NCBI RefSeq assembly: GCF_006345805.1 | Contig: NC_043020.1 | Location: forward strand, 25,358,001-25,422,000 | Direction of reading: 5' to 3' | DNA length: 64,000 nucleotides | DNA from: Octopus sinensis | Lineage: Eukaryota | Part shown: positions 43,975 to 58,430 of the stretch, in pieces | How the letters are laid out: every line of letters starts with the position of its first letter | Numbering within the stretch: the first letter of the stretch is position 1 | Notes under the pieces: model-generated | Database searches by the model: none | Told to the model about the DNA's origin: nothing | The model's input: the letters and a program-made list of their open reading frames with translations, nothing else | Program-made: the position numbers and the translations under genes

Positions 43975-44210
43975 TAGCTTCATTATTAAAGTGAAAGCAT
44001 CTGACATTACAATCGAGAGATGTTTTTGTTTCACTTTTAAGACGTAATACTGAAATGGTGGAGAAGATATGATATTGGTGTGGGCTCGCCTTAGGGTCCA
44101 CTACATGGACCCTAAGTAAGGCATGTGTAAAACTTGAATGAAATTGGTTGTGTAGTTCTCAAGTTTTAGGGATTCACACAGACAGACACACATTCTCAGT
44201 TCTATATATA
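43975..44210 (-). mobile_element. Helitron-like 5' part, copy 2
   Basis: Homologous to 3380-3644. Confidence 0.55.
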
Positions 44211-44367
<157 letters not shown>

Positions 44368-44372
44368 TATAT

Positions 44373-44405
<33 letters not shown>

Positions 44406-45267
44406 TTTATTGTTACATATATTGTTATATATGGTATACATGTCTGATGAGGAGTGGAGGAGGGGTTGTATCCATGCCCTTAATAAGTCCTTTGAGATTA
44501 ATAATGTTAACTTTTGAGATACTTAAATGCATGTGGAGGTATGTATGTGTATATGGAAGTATGTACGTGTGGATGTATGTGTATGTATAAACGTATATTT
44601 ATGTGTCTATGTGCCTGTATCTAACCTGGGTGTATATGTTCATGCATATCTTTATGGACTTTCAAATACATGATTTTCCAGCATCGTATATATATATATA
44701 TATATTTATTTATTTATTTATATGCTATAGAGTGCGTATCTATGCATATAAGTCTTACACTATATATTTTACAGTGTGTGTGCGTAAAGATATATACATA
44801 TGTGTGTGTGTGTATGCGTGTATATGTACATGTAGAGGTAGGTACGTACATATATGTTTATATATATGCATATGTTTTATTTCTTTTATTAATATATATA
44901 TATATATATATACTTGCTGAAGTATCTATGTGTATCTTGTTATATGTATATATTATGTTTATGTTGTCTGCGACAGTAATTGTATGTGTGTGTGTGAGAG
45001 AGAGAGAGAAAGAGGGGGCGCGAGAGAGGATGGAGGTGATGTGTACGCCAGATTTATTTATCAATTGTTAAAACCGTGAAATGTTTTCTCTGCGAGTCTC
45101 TTGTCTTTCCAATAACCTCCATTTAGACTTGCAAACCTGTTTATATATACATCAACACAGCTAATGGCCCATAAAATATACTTCCAAATACATACACTGC
45201 CATTACGATTCACTCAGCGAATCGTAATCGCAACTGTCTGTAATCTACGCGTGTATAAGCATGTGTG

Positions 45268-45308
<41 letters not shown>

Positions 45309-45464
45309 TTATACAGGCACACACACACACATATATACGCGCACACATACACAGATACACACACACACACACATGTACATGCTAATGTTCATCAGTTAGC
45401 ATAAACTTTATGTGTATGTACATATATATGTTAACATTTACATGTATGTGTGTGTACTGATGCG

Positions 45465-45520
<56 letters not shown>

Positions 45521-45577
45521 ATATATACGCATATATAGATATATATGTGTGTGTTTGCGTGTATATGTAGTAGATAA

Positions 45578-45654
<77 letters not shown>

Positions 45655-45926
45655 TAAACACAATACATACTTACGTACATACTACATACTACATACATAT
45701 ATATTTGCGTGTGTATTGTGTGTATATTTAATATATATATATACACACACATATATATAGAATAGTCGATAATGTATAGATTTACACTTACTGATGTATG
45801 CATATAAGTAACGATGTCTATAATGATGCAGGTAGAACATACAAAAATGCGTATAGATACAATATATGGCTACATGTGTAGATATATTTGGGACTTATGT
45901 GTGTGTATGTGAATGTGTGTGTAATA

Positions 45927-45956
<30 letters not shown>

Positions 45957-45957
<1 letters not shown>

Positions 45958-46300
45958 GGTGAGCATCAGAAACGTTAGCACGTCGGGCGAAATGCTTAGC
46001 GGTATTTCGTCTGCCTTTACGTTCTGAGTTCAAATTCCGCCGAGGTCGACTTTGCCTTTCAGCCTTTCGGGGTCGATTAAATAAGTAGCAGTTGCGCACT
46101 GGGGTCGATGTAATCGACTTTATCCGTTTGTCTGTCCTTGTTTGTCCTCTCTGTGTTTAGCCCCTTGTGGGTAGTAAAGAAATAGGTATTTTGTCTGCCG
46201 CTACGTTCTGAGTTCCAATTCCGCCTAGGTCGACTTTGCCTCTCAGCCTTTCAGGGTCGATAAATTAAGTACCAGTTGCGTACTGGGGTCTATGTAATCG
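45957..46300 (+). mobile_element. SINE family B, dimeric form
   Basis: Family B module twice. Confidence 0.85.
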
Positions 46301-46320
46301 TAGAATATATACACACACAC

Positions 46321-46379
<59 letters not shown>

Positions 46380-47449
46380 GTATGTATATGTATATAGAGA
46401 TATATGTATACTTACATATACATAATGATATATATATACACGCACAAATGCGTATTGTTTTTATTTTGTTTGTTACACCACATGCATACACATATATCTA
46501 TACGCACATACATACACATAAGCATGCCTAAATACATACACATATACATACACATGTATTCACACGTACATATATAATCATACACGCATACAATCATGCT
46601 ACACACACACACACACACACATACGTACATAGACATACGTATACATAAGCATGCATAAATACATAAACAATTACCTAATTATACACGTACAAATACATAT
46701 ATATTCATTCACATATACATATAGATACATATGCATCGTTCATACATTTATACATATATAAATATAGTTATAGATATGTGTGTGTGTGTATACAGAGAGA
46801 GAAAGAGAGAGAGAGAGATGCATACACCTACATACACGGACAAACCACAGACATAGTTATGCATACATCTTCGTACTTGTTGACTGCCATACTCATTATT
46901 ATCCATTCGATATATTCAAACAACGTTGCACCTTGTTTCTGCTTCACTGATTCCATGTTGAATGGGAGCATCACCAGCCAACAAACCAGCCAGCTGGCAA
47001 AACCTACCGCCCAACGACCAAACCCAGAGGCGGGACCTTCTACGTGCTGGTTCCACTTTGCTAGAAGTAGCAGTCAGATAAGGCTTGAGAAGTTCTCCTT
47101 CTATCTCGTTCTAGTGTTAAATTCTCTCTCTCTCACACACACCCCACACACACACAAACACACACACGCACGCACGCGTACACTCACTCGCGCACACACA
47201 CATATACACAAATACTTTGTTAACGGAATTTCATAAAATGAAACTATACGGAAGTTGTCATGTGTATGTATGGTTTTGTATGTATGCATGTATGTATGTA
47301 TATGTGAATGTATGCATGCATGTTTGTTTGCATATGTATATGTGTATGTATGTACTACTTTTAATTTTGCTATGACTAAGCTAACTCTAAAGATATATAT
47401 ATATAATATTTATGTATATATATTATATATATTATATGTATATATATAT

Positions 47450-47483
<34 letters not shown>

Positions 47484-47491
47484 GTATAACA

Positions 47492-47526
<35 letters not shown>

Positions 47527-47545
47527 ATATATATATACATATCTT

Positions 47546-47577
<32 letters not shown>

Positions 47578-47609
47578 ATATATATATATATATAATATAT
47601 ATATATATA

Positions 47610-47850
47610 AGCAATAATAAATCTCTGAACGAGGTATAAAGAGTAACTGCACGACAATGTGAGGTATATTTGCCATCTCATATGGCTAACCACTAAAGGT
47701 GGGTGTTACTGTAGCTTGTAGTCCCAGGAGAACATCTCCTCCAGCTGGCTATAGGCACACTTTCTGCGCCCTATCGGTATTTGCAAAGTGATACGTACGG
47801 ACTGCAGTTTCTGGATATTAACTCGTCATCAGCGTACGACAATCACCGGT
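47610..47850 (-). mobile_element. ~240-bp HHR-headed element within (TA)n
   Basis: Non-microsatellite segment between TA tracts, with the HHR near its minus-strand 5' end. Confidence 0.6.
47794..47838 (-). ncRNA. Minimal type I hammerhead, canonical core, weak helix II
   Basis: CGTACG CTGATGA CGAGTTAATATCCA GAAAC TGCA GTC / CGTACG; palindromic helix III ACTGCAGT. Confidence 0.7.
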
Positions 47851-47869
47851 TATATATATTATATTATAT

Positions 47870-48840
47870 TATATTAGACTAGCATCACCATTCAGGACAA
47901 CTGTGAGCCCAAGAAACAAAGCAAAGACCCAGGAGGAAAAACAGAACCCAACAGTGAAGATCAAGACATAAGCAAGGATTGAAACAGGCTGAGGATGGTC
48001 ATTGGTCGAAGATGAGTGCAAGAACAGAATAAGTAGGACGTACGAAAACAAAGGTCCTGAAAAAGCAACGAAACGCAAGTTGTCTCTAAGTTCTATACGA
48101 GCGACACCTGCTGACGTGGAGACATTGAAACGGGCTGTAGATTTGCTCATTCCAAGACCCATGTGAACGGTAACCGTTTTGCTCACGCCAAGCCAGAGTG
48201 AACTGGCCCCGAGGAGGCAAACACTTCTATCAGGATCAAGGAAGACACAAGACCAGGTCAGAAAACACAATGCGTCCACCTCGGGAAAATGTGGGTGTTC
48301 CACGGATTGCTTCAAAGAGGAAACAATATGTAGGCAGAGTGCAGACAGTAGCGGCTGCACAGCATAGATGATGGTTGGGCAGCTGACCTGGCTACATCAG
48401 ACATTGGGTCAAAGAAACATATACCAGAGACCAAAGCAAACATCAAAAGATCCAGGTTAGCCACTTCTGATGCTTCCACATGTTGAACCAGTGTTCTGGC
48501 TGAATTCCGGGGCCTTGTAACATCCCACCAGCACAAAACACCATACCTGAAAGACTTAGTTATATTTAATCTAGCAATATGCATAGCACTAACAGAAACA
48601 CATCTGACTGTTTGTCACCGTTTTTGAGATATTGATGGTAAACATCAAACAAATCCAAAAGGCAAATATGTACTGCCTATCATCTACCAGATGCCTCAAA
48701 TCAGGGGGGGACTCGTTCGAAGACAACCTGAAAAAGATGGTAGAAGCATTAAGCAACCTAAATGACACCTTTCACATACTTCTTCAAGATTTCAAACGTT
48801 CTAATGTCGAATGGCCGGAAGGCCTGACTCAGACAAACAC
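47870..48840 (+). mobile_element. Old CR1-type LINE 5' fragment (possible ORF1 remnant plus endonuclease remnant)
   Basis: 48632-48862 gives ..SFEDNLKK..HILLQDFKRSNVEWPEG, homologous to the EN region at ~55.5-55.7 kb; the ORF1 assignment is tentative. Confidence 0.5.
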
Positions 48841-48934
48841 TGAGGTATACAGTGTGTTTTAATACTTGACGTTTCAAAGGGACTTTGCCCAAGACGAAAT
48901 CCCGCAGCTATTAAGCGTATATATAACATATATA

Positions 48935-49155
48935 CAGGGTGCGGCAGAAAGGTTGCCCTGATTTCAAAGGTTAATAAAAAGCAAACACATGAAGATACAA
49001 GAAAAAACGATACTCTCCACTCCAGGCCATGATGGGTACTGCCCGAAAAGGGGAAAACAATGGCATGTAAGGAACTTCATAGAAATACAAAGTTTTTTAT
49101 GCACCTTCATGTGTTTGTTTTTTTATTAACCTTTGAAATCGGGAGAACCTTTCTG
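48935..49155. mobile_element. Tc1/mariner-type MITE
   Basis: TA|CAGGGTG start; ~50-bp inverted repeats (GATTTCAAAGGTTAATAAAAA..ACACATGAAG); right tip lost in (GT)n. Confidence 0.7.
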
Positions 49156-49296
49156 TGTGTGTGTGTGTGTGGGATGCTTATTTTATTTGTATCACGATAT
49201 TAACATAGCAAAAAGTTTAATACAAACAAAATTTAAAATAGAACAAGCTTAATATAAATAAATACAATATGCATATATATATATATATATATAAAC

Positions 49297-49331
<35 letters not shown>

Positions 49332-49514
49332 AGTTTAGAAAAGAGACTCTAAAATGTAGTATCCACCCTTTGTTTTCAGTATGTCCCAAGTAGTGTGCCT
49401 TAAAAGCACGTTCACCACTTACGGTTACCAGACGTTATCCGCGGTACTGCATTTTAGTCGCAGGATCTACGTAAGGAATTCCTCGGTGCACGTTTTGCAT
49501 ATTTTAAATAATTT

Positions 49515-49839
49515 ATAGGGAAGACAGAGTGTATTGTAAGCTTTATTTAGCACGACGATCGTTTCGGCTCACATCTGTACTGCTCCCTAGTGAGTAAGGA
49601 ACGATATAATGGAATCGAATGCATTCCACAGTACAGAAGAAATCTCATCGGGTTCGAAATGTACATATGATAACACTGTACATAACTATACATATGATAA
49701 CATATTATGTACTCTGATGAGGATTCTTCTGTACTGTGGAGTGCACTCGATTTCCATTTACTAGGGAGCAGTACAGATGTAAACCGAAACGATCGTCGTG
49801 ATAATAAATACAGATCTGTACAGTATACTCTCTTCCTAT
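49515..49839. mobile_element. Diverged fold-back whose arms each carry an HHR-like motif
   Basis: CACGACGATCGTTTCGG.. versus ..CCGAAACGATCGTCGTG; homology extends to 49515 and 49839. Confidence 0.8.
49704..49805 (+). ncRNA. Hammerhead-like motif with long helix II
   Basis: CTGATGA(49714-20) GG..TCTGTACTG..CAGTACAGA..CC GAAAC GATC GTC(49797); palindromic ACGATCGT; bulged helix I. Confidence 0.6.
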
Positions 49840-49890
49840 CAATTATGCAATAAATATATAGATAGACAGATAGATATACATATATATAAC

Positions 49891-49928
<38 letters not shown>

Positions 49929-50028
49929 NNNNNNNNNNNNNNNNNNNNNNNNNNNNNNNNNNNNNNNNNNNNNNNNNNNNNNNNNNNNNNNNNNNNNNNN
50001 NNNNNNNNNNNNNNNNNNNNNNNNNNNN
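49929..50028. other. Assembly gap (100 N)
   Basis: Direct reading. Confidence 1.
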
Positions 50029-52258
50029 TGCTGGGGCACCGCCATTTGGTGTTACTACTTGGTTTCACTTCATGGAGGTTTTCTAGCAACTGCTATTTGG
50101 TGCATGAGAGTTCGATGCAGCTGCCCTCATCTGCCCCTCCTGCCGTGAAGTTGGTTCATCTGGGACACCTGACAGGAAGAGATCCAGCTTCATTTTAAAG
50201 ACATCTGTATCAACCCCATGCAGGTCTCTCAGGTTCTTCGGGAGGATATTGAAGAGCTGTGGGCCTCGGAAACCCAGGCTATCACAGAATCTTGTCCTAC
50301 ATCTTGATGGCAGGTTGGAGTCCTAGGCACCACGCGGTGGCGCCCAGTTCTGGCATTTGCGTAACTCTCGATGCCAAAGTTCAGGACACTTCCCTCCAGG
50401 ATCTTCCAGATGTATATTATGGCATATCTTTCCCGCCTACGCTCCAGGGAATATAATTTTCAATCTATTGAGTCTTTCCCAGTAGCTTACATTCTGCATA
50501 GAGGCTATCCTTCTTTGTGTAGCTTCGTTGGATCGCCTCAAGTTCTGTGATCAGACACTGGATGGTGACCATAGCTGAGAGCAATATGTCAAAGTGGCTT
50601 AGGACAAGTGTCTTCCAGAGGACCATCATGGTTTCTTGTTCTCCTGTTCTAAAGGTTCTAAGAATCCATCCAGCCAGCCGTCTACATTTCATTGTCAGTT
50701 TAGCAACATGTACATGAAAGGTCGCGTCATCACTCTTGAATACCCAGGTCACGCACTGATTGTGCCTCTGGGATTGCAATCCCTCCGGGTCCAGTGTATT
50801 CATTGGGTATTGCATTCAGTTTTGCATGCTGATAGTATAAAGCTTGAAACTTTCCAGCATTGAACTGCATGCTATTCTTTTCAGCCCACTTGTATATTTC
50901 GTCCAGCTCACATTCCAGGTGTTTAGTGTCCTCAGGGTTCCTGTATTGCCTGTGAAACTTTTGTTATCATCATCTGCATAACTTGTGATCGTGGATCTCT
51001 GCGTGGCTGAGGGCATGTCTGAGAGGGCCATTATGAACAGTAGTTGGTCCCAGAACAGTGCCCTGCGGAACACCGCTCACTATTTGTGTGTTAATGGATG
51101 TGGCCCCATTGGCTACTACCACCTGACTTCTATCCTTCAGAAAGTCATGAAGCCATTCTCCCAGTTTTCCAACTATGTTGAGATCACGCAGTTTGTGACA
51201 TATCATTCCATGATCGACTTTATCAAAGGCCTTTGCAAAGTCGAGATATATCACTTCCACATTTGAGTGGTTGAGCAGCCGTTTCAGCACCCCCAGTCAT
51301 AGTGTTGTAGGAGCTGAGTTAACAGCTTCTCCCCTGGTCGGAAACCATGTTGGGTGTCGGGCAGCAAGTCATTCTCTTCAAGGAAGTGATCAGCTTCCTT
51401 CTGACTATTCGTTCCATGACTTGCTGATGTGTGAGGTCATAGAGTAGGTCTATAGTTCTTGGCTTCCGCTCTGCTACCTCCTTTATGAATGGGGCATATT
51501 TTACCTTCCTTCAGTTTTCCTGGAGTTTGCCAGCTGCAAGGAAGCTCTGAAAGAGGAACTGCAGTGTTCTTGCTAGGACTCTCTTACAGCTTTTGAGGAT
51601 TGCCGGGAATCCTCGGGGCAGTAGCTGAGTCTGTTTTCATTTCATCTATAGCCTTGGTTACATCGTCTTCCTTTATATCGATGTAATCTATCGTCGCCGC
51701 CTCTGATTTTATATCTGCATGGTAAAAAATCAGTTGGATTGGTGATTTGGAGATGCCCAAGGGGTGGAGTGAAAACACTCTTGAATTGCTCATTCAGTAT
51801 TTCACTTACCCTCATTGGTTTTCCTGTAAGTGTGCCATCCTTTTCGAGGAGTGGCCCTATTCTACACAGTGCACTGTAGCTGTTTCTTTGGCATACCTGT
51901 AGAAAGCTCTGGGGTTAGATTTTATGTTTTCTATAGCCCAGGCTTCTTTGTCTGCTCTTTCTTTTTCATGGGAGAGTTGCAGACATTTTTCGATTTCCAA
52001 CAATTTTATTTTTAGGCGGGACTTTTCACTGCTTTCAATCTGTTGTTTAGGCGATTTGAAAATTTCGTACGCCGTCTCATTAAAATTTTCCTCTCTCTGG
52101 GATTTTGTTCTTGTGTACAGTGGCCTTCTCTCTGGACACTTTGTAGCATATGGCTTGCATTACAGACATGAATTGTTGAAGTTTCACGTCGATGTCTGGC
52201 GAGGAGAGACATTTAGGCCAGTTTTGTTTGAGGATCTCTTTCTCAATTTGTTTCCAGT
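50029..52258 (-). mobile_element. CR1-clade LINE, 5'-truncated RT-containing copy
   Basis: YLDFAKAFDKVDH..GVPQGTVLGP and YADD; reverse complement of ~55950-58185. Confidence 0.92.
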
Positions 52259-52607
52259 TTGCCTATATATGTAATATATATATATGTATATATGTATATA
52301 TATATGTATATATATATATACATATGTATATATGTATATATATGTATATATGTATATATATATGTATATATGTATATATATATGTATATATGTATATATA
52401 TATGTATATACGTAATATATATATGTATATATGTATATATGTAATATATATAATATGTATATGTATATATATATTTATATATATATGTATATATATATGT
52501 ATATATGTGTATATATATATGTATATATGTGTATATATATATTTATATATGTATATATATATATATATTATTTTTTATATGTATATATATATATGTATAT
52601 ATATATG

Positions 52608-52638
<31 letters not shown>

Positions 52639-53919
52639 GTATATGTATATATATATATGTATATATATATGTATATATATATGTATATATATATGTATAT
52701 ATATATATGTATATGTATATATATGTATATATATATGTATATATTAAATATATATGTATATATATATGTATATATATATACATATATGTATATATATATG
52801 TCTATATATGTAATATATTTATATATGTATATATATATGTATATATATATATATATGTATAATATATGTATATATATATATATATGATATGTATATAATG
52901 TATATATATATGTATAATATAAATATATATGTATATATATATGTATATATATATATATATATATTATACTAATATATATAATATGTATATATATAATATG
53001 TATATATATATGTATATATATATGTATATATATATGTATATATATATATATATGTATATATATATGTATATATATATGTATATATAGTGTATATATACAT
53101 GTCTATATATATGTATATATAATGTATATATATATGTATATATGTATGTATATATATATGTATATATATATGTATATATTGTATATATATATTTATATAT
53201 ATATATGTATATATATATGTATATATAATATGTATATATATATATATGTATTATATATATATATATATATATATATGTTATATATATATATATGTATATA
53301 TATATATGTATATATATATGTATATATACATATGATATAATATATAGTATATATGTATATATATATATATATATATAATGTTAAATATATATTATATATA
53401 TATATATGTTTATATATATGTATATATATGTTTATATATATATGTATATATATGTTTATATAATGTATATATATGTATATATATATAGTATATGTATATA
53501 TATATATATGTATATATATGTATATATACGTATATATATATATATTATGTATATATATAGTGTATATAGATATATGTGTAATTAATATATATATATATGT
53601 ATATATATATATGTATATATATATGTATATATATATGTATATATGTAATATATATATATGTATATATATATATTAATATCTATATATGTAATATATATAT
53701 GTATATATATATATATATGTATATATATATGTATTATATATATGGTATATATATATGTATATATATATATTATGTATATGTAATATATATATATATATGT
53801 ATATATTAGTTATATATATATATCTATATATAAATATATATATATATGTAATATATATGTATATTATATATATATGTATATATATGTATATAATATATAT
53901 ATATATTGTATATAATATG

Positions 53920-53952
<33 letters not shown>

Positions 53953-54299
53953 TATAATATCTATATATATATAGTATATATATATGTAATATATATGTAT
54001 ATATATATATATCTGTATATATATATATATATATATATATCTAATATCTATATTTATATGTATATATATATAATAGTATATATATATATTTATATATATA
54101 TATAATATATCTATATTTATATGTCTATATATATATATGTATATATATATATATGTTTTTCGTCTCTCTATGTGTTCGACGTCTTTTTGTGTCCTGTACA
54201 CATATATGCGTGTATATGTACATGTATAGGTAGGTACGTACATATATGTTTATATATATGCATATGTTCTATTTTATTACCATATATATATATATATGT

Positions 54300-54362
<63 letters not shown>

Positions 54363-54417
54363 GCGTTGCCCCAGCATGGCCTCAGCCGGATGGCTGAAAC
54401 AGTAAAAGAGTAAAGAG

Positions 54418-54461
<44 letters not shown>

Positions 54462-54492
54462 CATATATAATATATATATATATTGTATATAT

Positions 54493-54545
<53 letters not shown>

Positions 54546-54569
54546 GATATATATATATATGTATATATG

Positions 54570-54600
<31 letters not shown>

Positions 54601-54901
54601 GTATATATATATGTATATATATATGTATATATATATGTATATATATAATATATATGTATATATATATATATATGTATATGTATATATATATGTATATATA
54701 TATGTATATATATAATATATATGTATATATATCTATGTATATATATATATGTATCTATATATAGTATTATATATGCATATATATATGTATATATATATCT
54801 ATTAGTATATATGTATTATATAATGTATATATATATGTATATATATATATGTATATATATATATATGTAATATATTTATAATCTATATGTATATATGTAT
54901 G

Positions 54902-54936
<35 letters not shown>

Positions 54937-54937
54937 G

Positions 54938-54968
<31 letters not shown>

Positions 54969-55120
54969 GTATATATTTATGTATATATATATATATATTA
55001 TATATATATGTATATATATATGTATATAGATATATATATGTATATCTATATGTATAATATATATGTATAATATATATAAGGTATATATATAATATATATA
55101 TGTATATATATATGTATATA
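52259..55120. repeat. ~2.9-kb (TA)n/(TATG) compound microsatellite
   Basis: Direct reading; short non-satellite islands at 54155-54280 and 54361-54420. Confidence 0.95.
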
Positions 55121-58100
55121 CCCAAGCCCGCAGGTGGGACTACCCACTATATACCAGACCACCACAGCAAACAGACACAGGATGGACACCGCCGGCAACA
55201 CGTACACCTCACCTCGATACTCCTACTGCAAACACTCAGTACAGACAAAGATCCCGTTCCTGAGAGACTTTGTTGCATGCAATCAAACCTTATGCATAGC
55301 ACTTACAGAAACGCCCTAAACCGGACATAGCATATGCAGATGCGGAGTTACACATACCACAGTATGCTGTACTACGGACCGACAGAAAGAAAGGAGTCAT
55401 GGAGGTGTTGCTATGTACATCCGTGAGGACCTCACACCCCAGGTCCTCTTGTCATACTCAAACTCGGTGTGTGACACACTAATTGTACATATTAGGCAAC
55501 TTGATGTAGTTGTGTGTGCTACATATCGCCCTCCAGATGCCCCAAGCCATGTGGCAAGTTTGAAGACTGCCTTATAAAAATAGAAGAAATTCTAACCACA
55601 TTAGAACAACACATAGGTGTGCTTCTTATGGGGACTTCAATCTGCCCAATGTCAGATGGCCCGAGGGCCTTTCTCTCCCAGGAATAACAAGATGTGAACG
55701 AGGACAGGCGAGGTCCCTCCTGAACCTCATCAACACCCTGTACATGGAGCAGGTAATACTCAACCAACCAGGGCAGGAAACACACTGGATCTCTGCTTCA
55801 CAAATGACATGGATCTCATCCATAATGTGAAAGTGACCCGACACTACTCTCGGATCACAACATGATAGAGCTGACCATGTACGGGCCAAAAGGAGCACGG
55901 ACATGCAGCCTACAGAAACCCTCAAAATCTCTCCAGCTTGAACTACCATAAGGCAAACTGGAAACAAATTGAGAAAGAGATCCTCAACAAAACTGGCCTG
56001 AATGTCTTTCCTCGCCAGACATCGACGTGAAACTTCAACAATTCATGTCTGTAATGCAAGCCATATGCTACAAATGTGTCCCAGAGAGAAAGGCCACCAT
56101 ACACAAGAACAAAATCCCCAGAGAGAAGAAAATTTTAATGAGACGGCGTACGAAATTTTCAAATCGCCTAAACAAACAGATTGAAAGCAGTGAAAAGTCC
56201 CGCCTAAAAATAAAACTGTTGGAAATCGAAAAATGTCTGCAACTCTCCCATGAAAAAGAAGAGCAACAAAGAAGCCTGGGCTATAGAAAACATAAAATCT
56301 AACCCCAGAGCTTTCTACAGGTATGCCAAAGAAACAGCTACAGTGCACTGTAGAATAGGACCACTCCTCGAAAAGGATGACAGACTTACAGGAAAACCAA
56401 TGAGGGTAAGTGAAATACTGAATGAGCAATTCAAGAGTGTTTTCACTCCACCCCTTGGGCATCTCCAAATCACCAATCCAACTGACTTTTTTACCACTGC
56501 AGATATAAATCAGAGGCGGCGACGATAGATTACATCGATATAAAGGAAGACGATGTAACCCAAGCTATAGATGAAATGAAAACAGACTCCCAGCTACTGG
56601 CCCCGATGGATTCCCGGCAATCCTCCTAAAAGCATGTAAGAGAGTCCTAGCAAGACCACTGCAGTTCCTCTTTCAGAGCTTCCTTGCAGCTGGCAAACTT
56701 CCAGAAAACTGAAGGAAGGTAAAATATGCCCCATTCATAAAGGAGGTAGCAGAGCGGAAGCCAAGAACTATAGACCTATCTCTCTGACCTCACACATCAG
56801 CAAGATCATGGAACGAATAGTCAGAAGAAGCTGATCACTTCCTTGAAGAGAATGACTTGCTGCCCGACACCCAACATGGTTTCCGACCAGGGAGAAGCTG
56901 TTTAACTCAACTCCTACAACACTATGACTGGGTACTGAAACGGCCTGCTCAACCACTCAAATGTGGAAGTGATATATCTCGACTTTGCAAAGGCCTTTGA
57001 TAAAGTCGATCATGGAATGATATGTCACAAACTGCGTGATCTCAACATAGTTGGAAAACTGGGAGAATGGCTTCATGACTTTCTGAAGGATAGAAGTCAG
57101 GTGGTAGTAGCCAATGGGGCCACCTCCATTAACACACAATAGTGAGCGGTGTTCCGCAGGGCACTGTTCTGGGACCACTACTGTTCATAATGGCCCTCTC
57201 AGACATGCCCTCAGCCACGATCACAAGTTATGCAGATGATACAAAAGTTTCACAGGCAATACAGAACCCTGAGGACACTAAACACCTGCAATGTGAGCTG
57301 GACGAAATATACAAGTGGGCTGAAAAGAATAGCATGCAGTTCAATGCTGGAAAGTTTCAAGCTTTATACTATCAGCATGCAAAACTGAATGCAATACCCA
57401 ATGAATACACTGGACCCGGAGGGATTGCAATCCCAGAGGCACAATCAGTGCGTGACCTGGGTATTCACATGAGTGATGACGCGACCTTTCATGTACATGT
57501 TGCTAAACTGACAATGAAATGTAGACGGCTGGCTGGATGGATTCTTAGAACCTTTAGAACAAGAGAACAAGAAACCATGATGGTCCTCTGGAAGACACTT
57601 GTCCTAAGCCACTTTGACTATTGCTCTCAGCTATGGTCACCATCCAGTGTCAAGTTGATCACAGAACTTGAGGCGATCCAACGAAGCTACACAAAGAAGA
57701 TAGCCTCTATATGCAGAATGTAAGCTACTGGAAAGACTCAAGAGATTAAAATTATATTCCCTGGAGCGTAGGCGGGAAAGATATGCCATAATATACATCT
57801 GGAAGATCCTGGAGGGAAGTGTCCTGAACTTTGGCATCGAGAGTTACGCAAATGCCAGAACTGGGCGCCACTGCGTAGTGCCTAGGACTCCAAACCTGCC
57901 ATCAAGATGTAGGACAAGATTCTGTGATAGCCTGGGCTTCCGAGGCCCACAGCTCTTCAATATCCTCCCGAAGAACCTGAGAGACCTGCATGGGGTGGAT
58001 ACAGATGTCTTTAAAATGAAGCTGGATCTCTTCCTGTCAGGTGTCCCAGATGAACCAACTTCACGGCAGGAGGGGCAGATGAGGGCAGCTGCATCGAACT

Positions 58101-58209
58101 CTCTCATGCACCAAATAGCAGTTGCTAGAAAGCCTCCATGAAGTGAAACCAAGTAGCAACACCAAATGGCGGTGCCCCAGCATGGCCACAGCTCATAAGC
58201 TGAAACTAG

Positions 58210-58220
<11 letters not shown>
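55120..58220 (+). mobile_element. CR1-clade LINE ORF2 (APE endonuclease + RT), frameshifted, with (ATCA)n tail
   Basis: IALTET..HGGVAMYIRED (EN); NYRPISLTS..QHGFRPGRSC..GVPQGTVLGPLLF..YADDTK (RT); tail GAAACTAGA(ATCA)n. Confidence 0.95.
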
Positions 58221-58245
<25 letters not shown>

Positions 58246-58381
58246 TATATATGTATATATATATGTATATGTATATATATATGTATATATATATGTATAT
58301 TGTTTATGATATGTATATATATATGTATATATATATATGTATATATATATTATATATATATTATATATATATATGTATAGA

Positions 58382-58430
<49 letters not shown>

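Noticed and set aside
44444-44515. CTGATGAGGAG.. as a hammerhead
   Set aside because: GAAA and the cleavage triplet cannot be identified.
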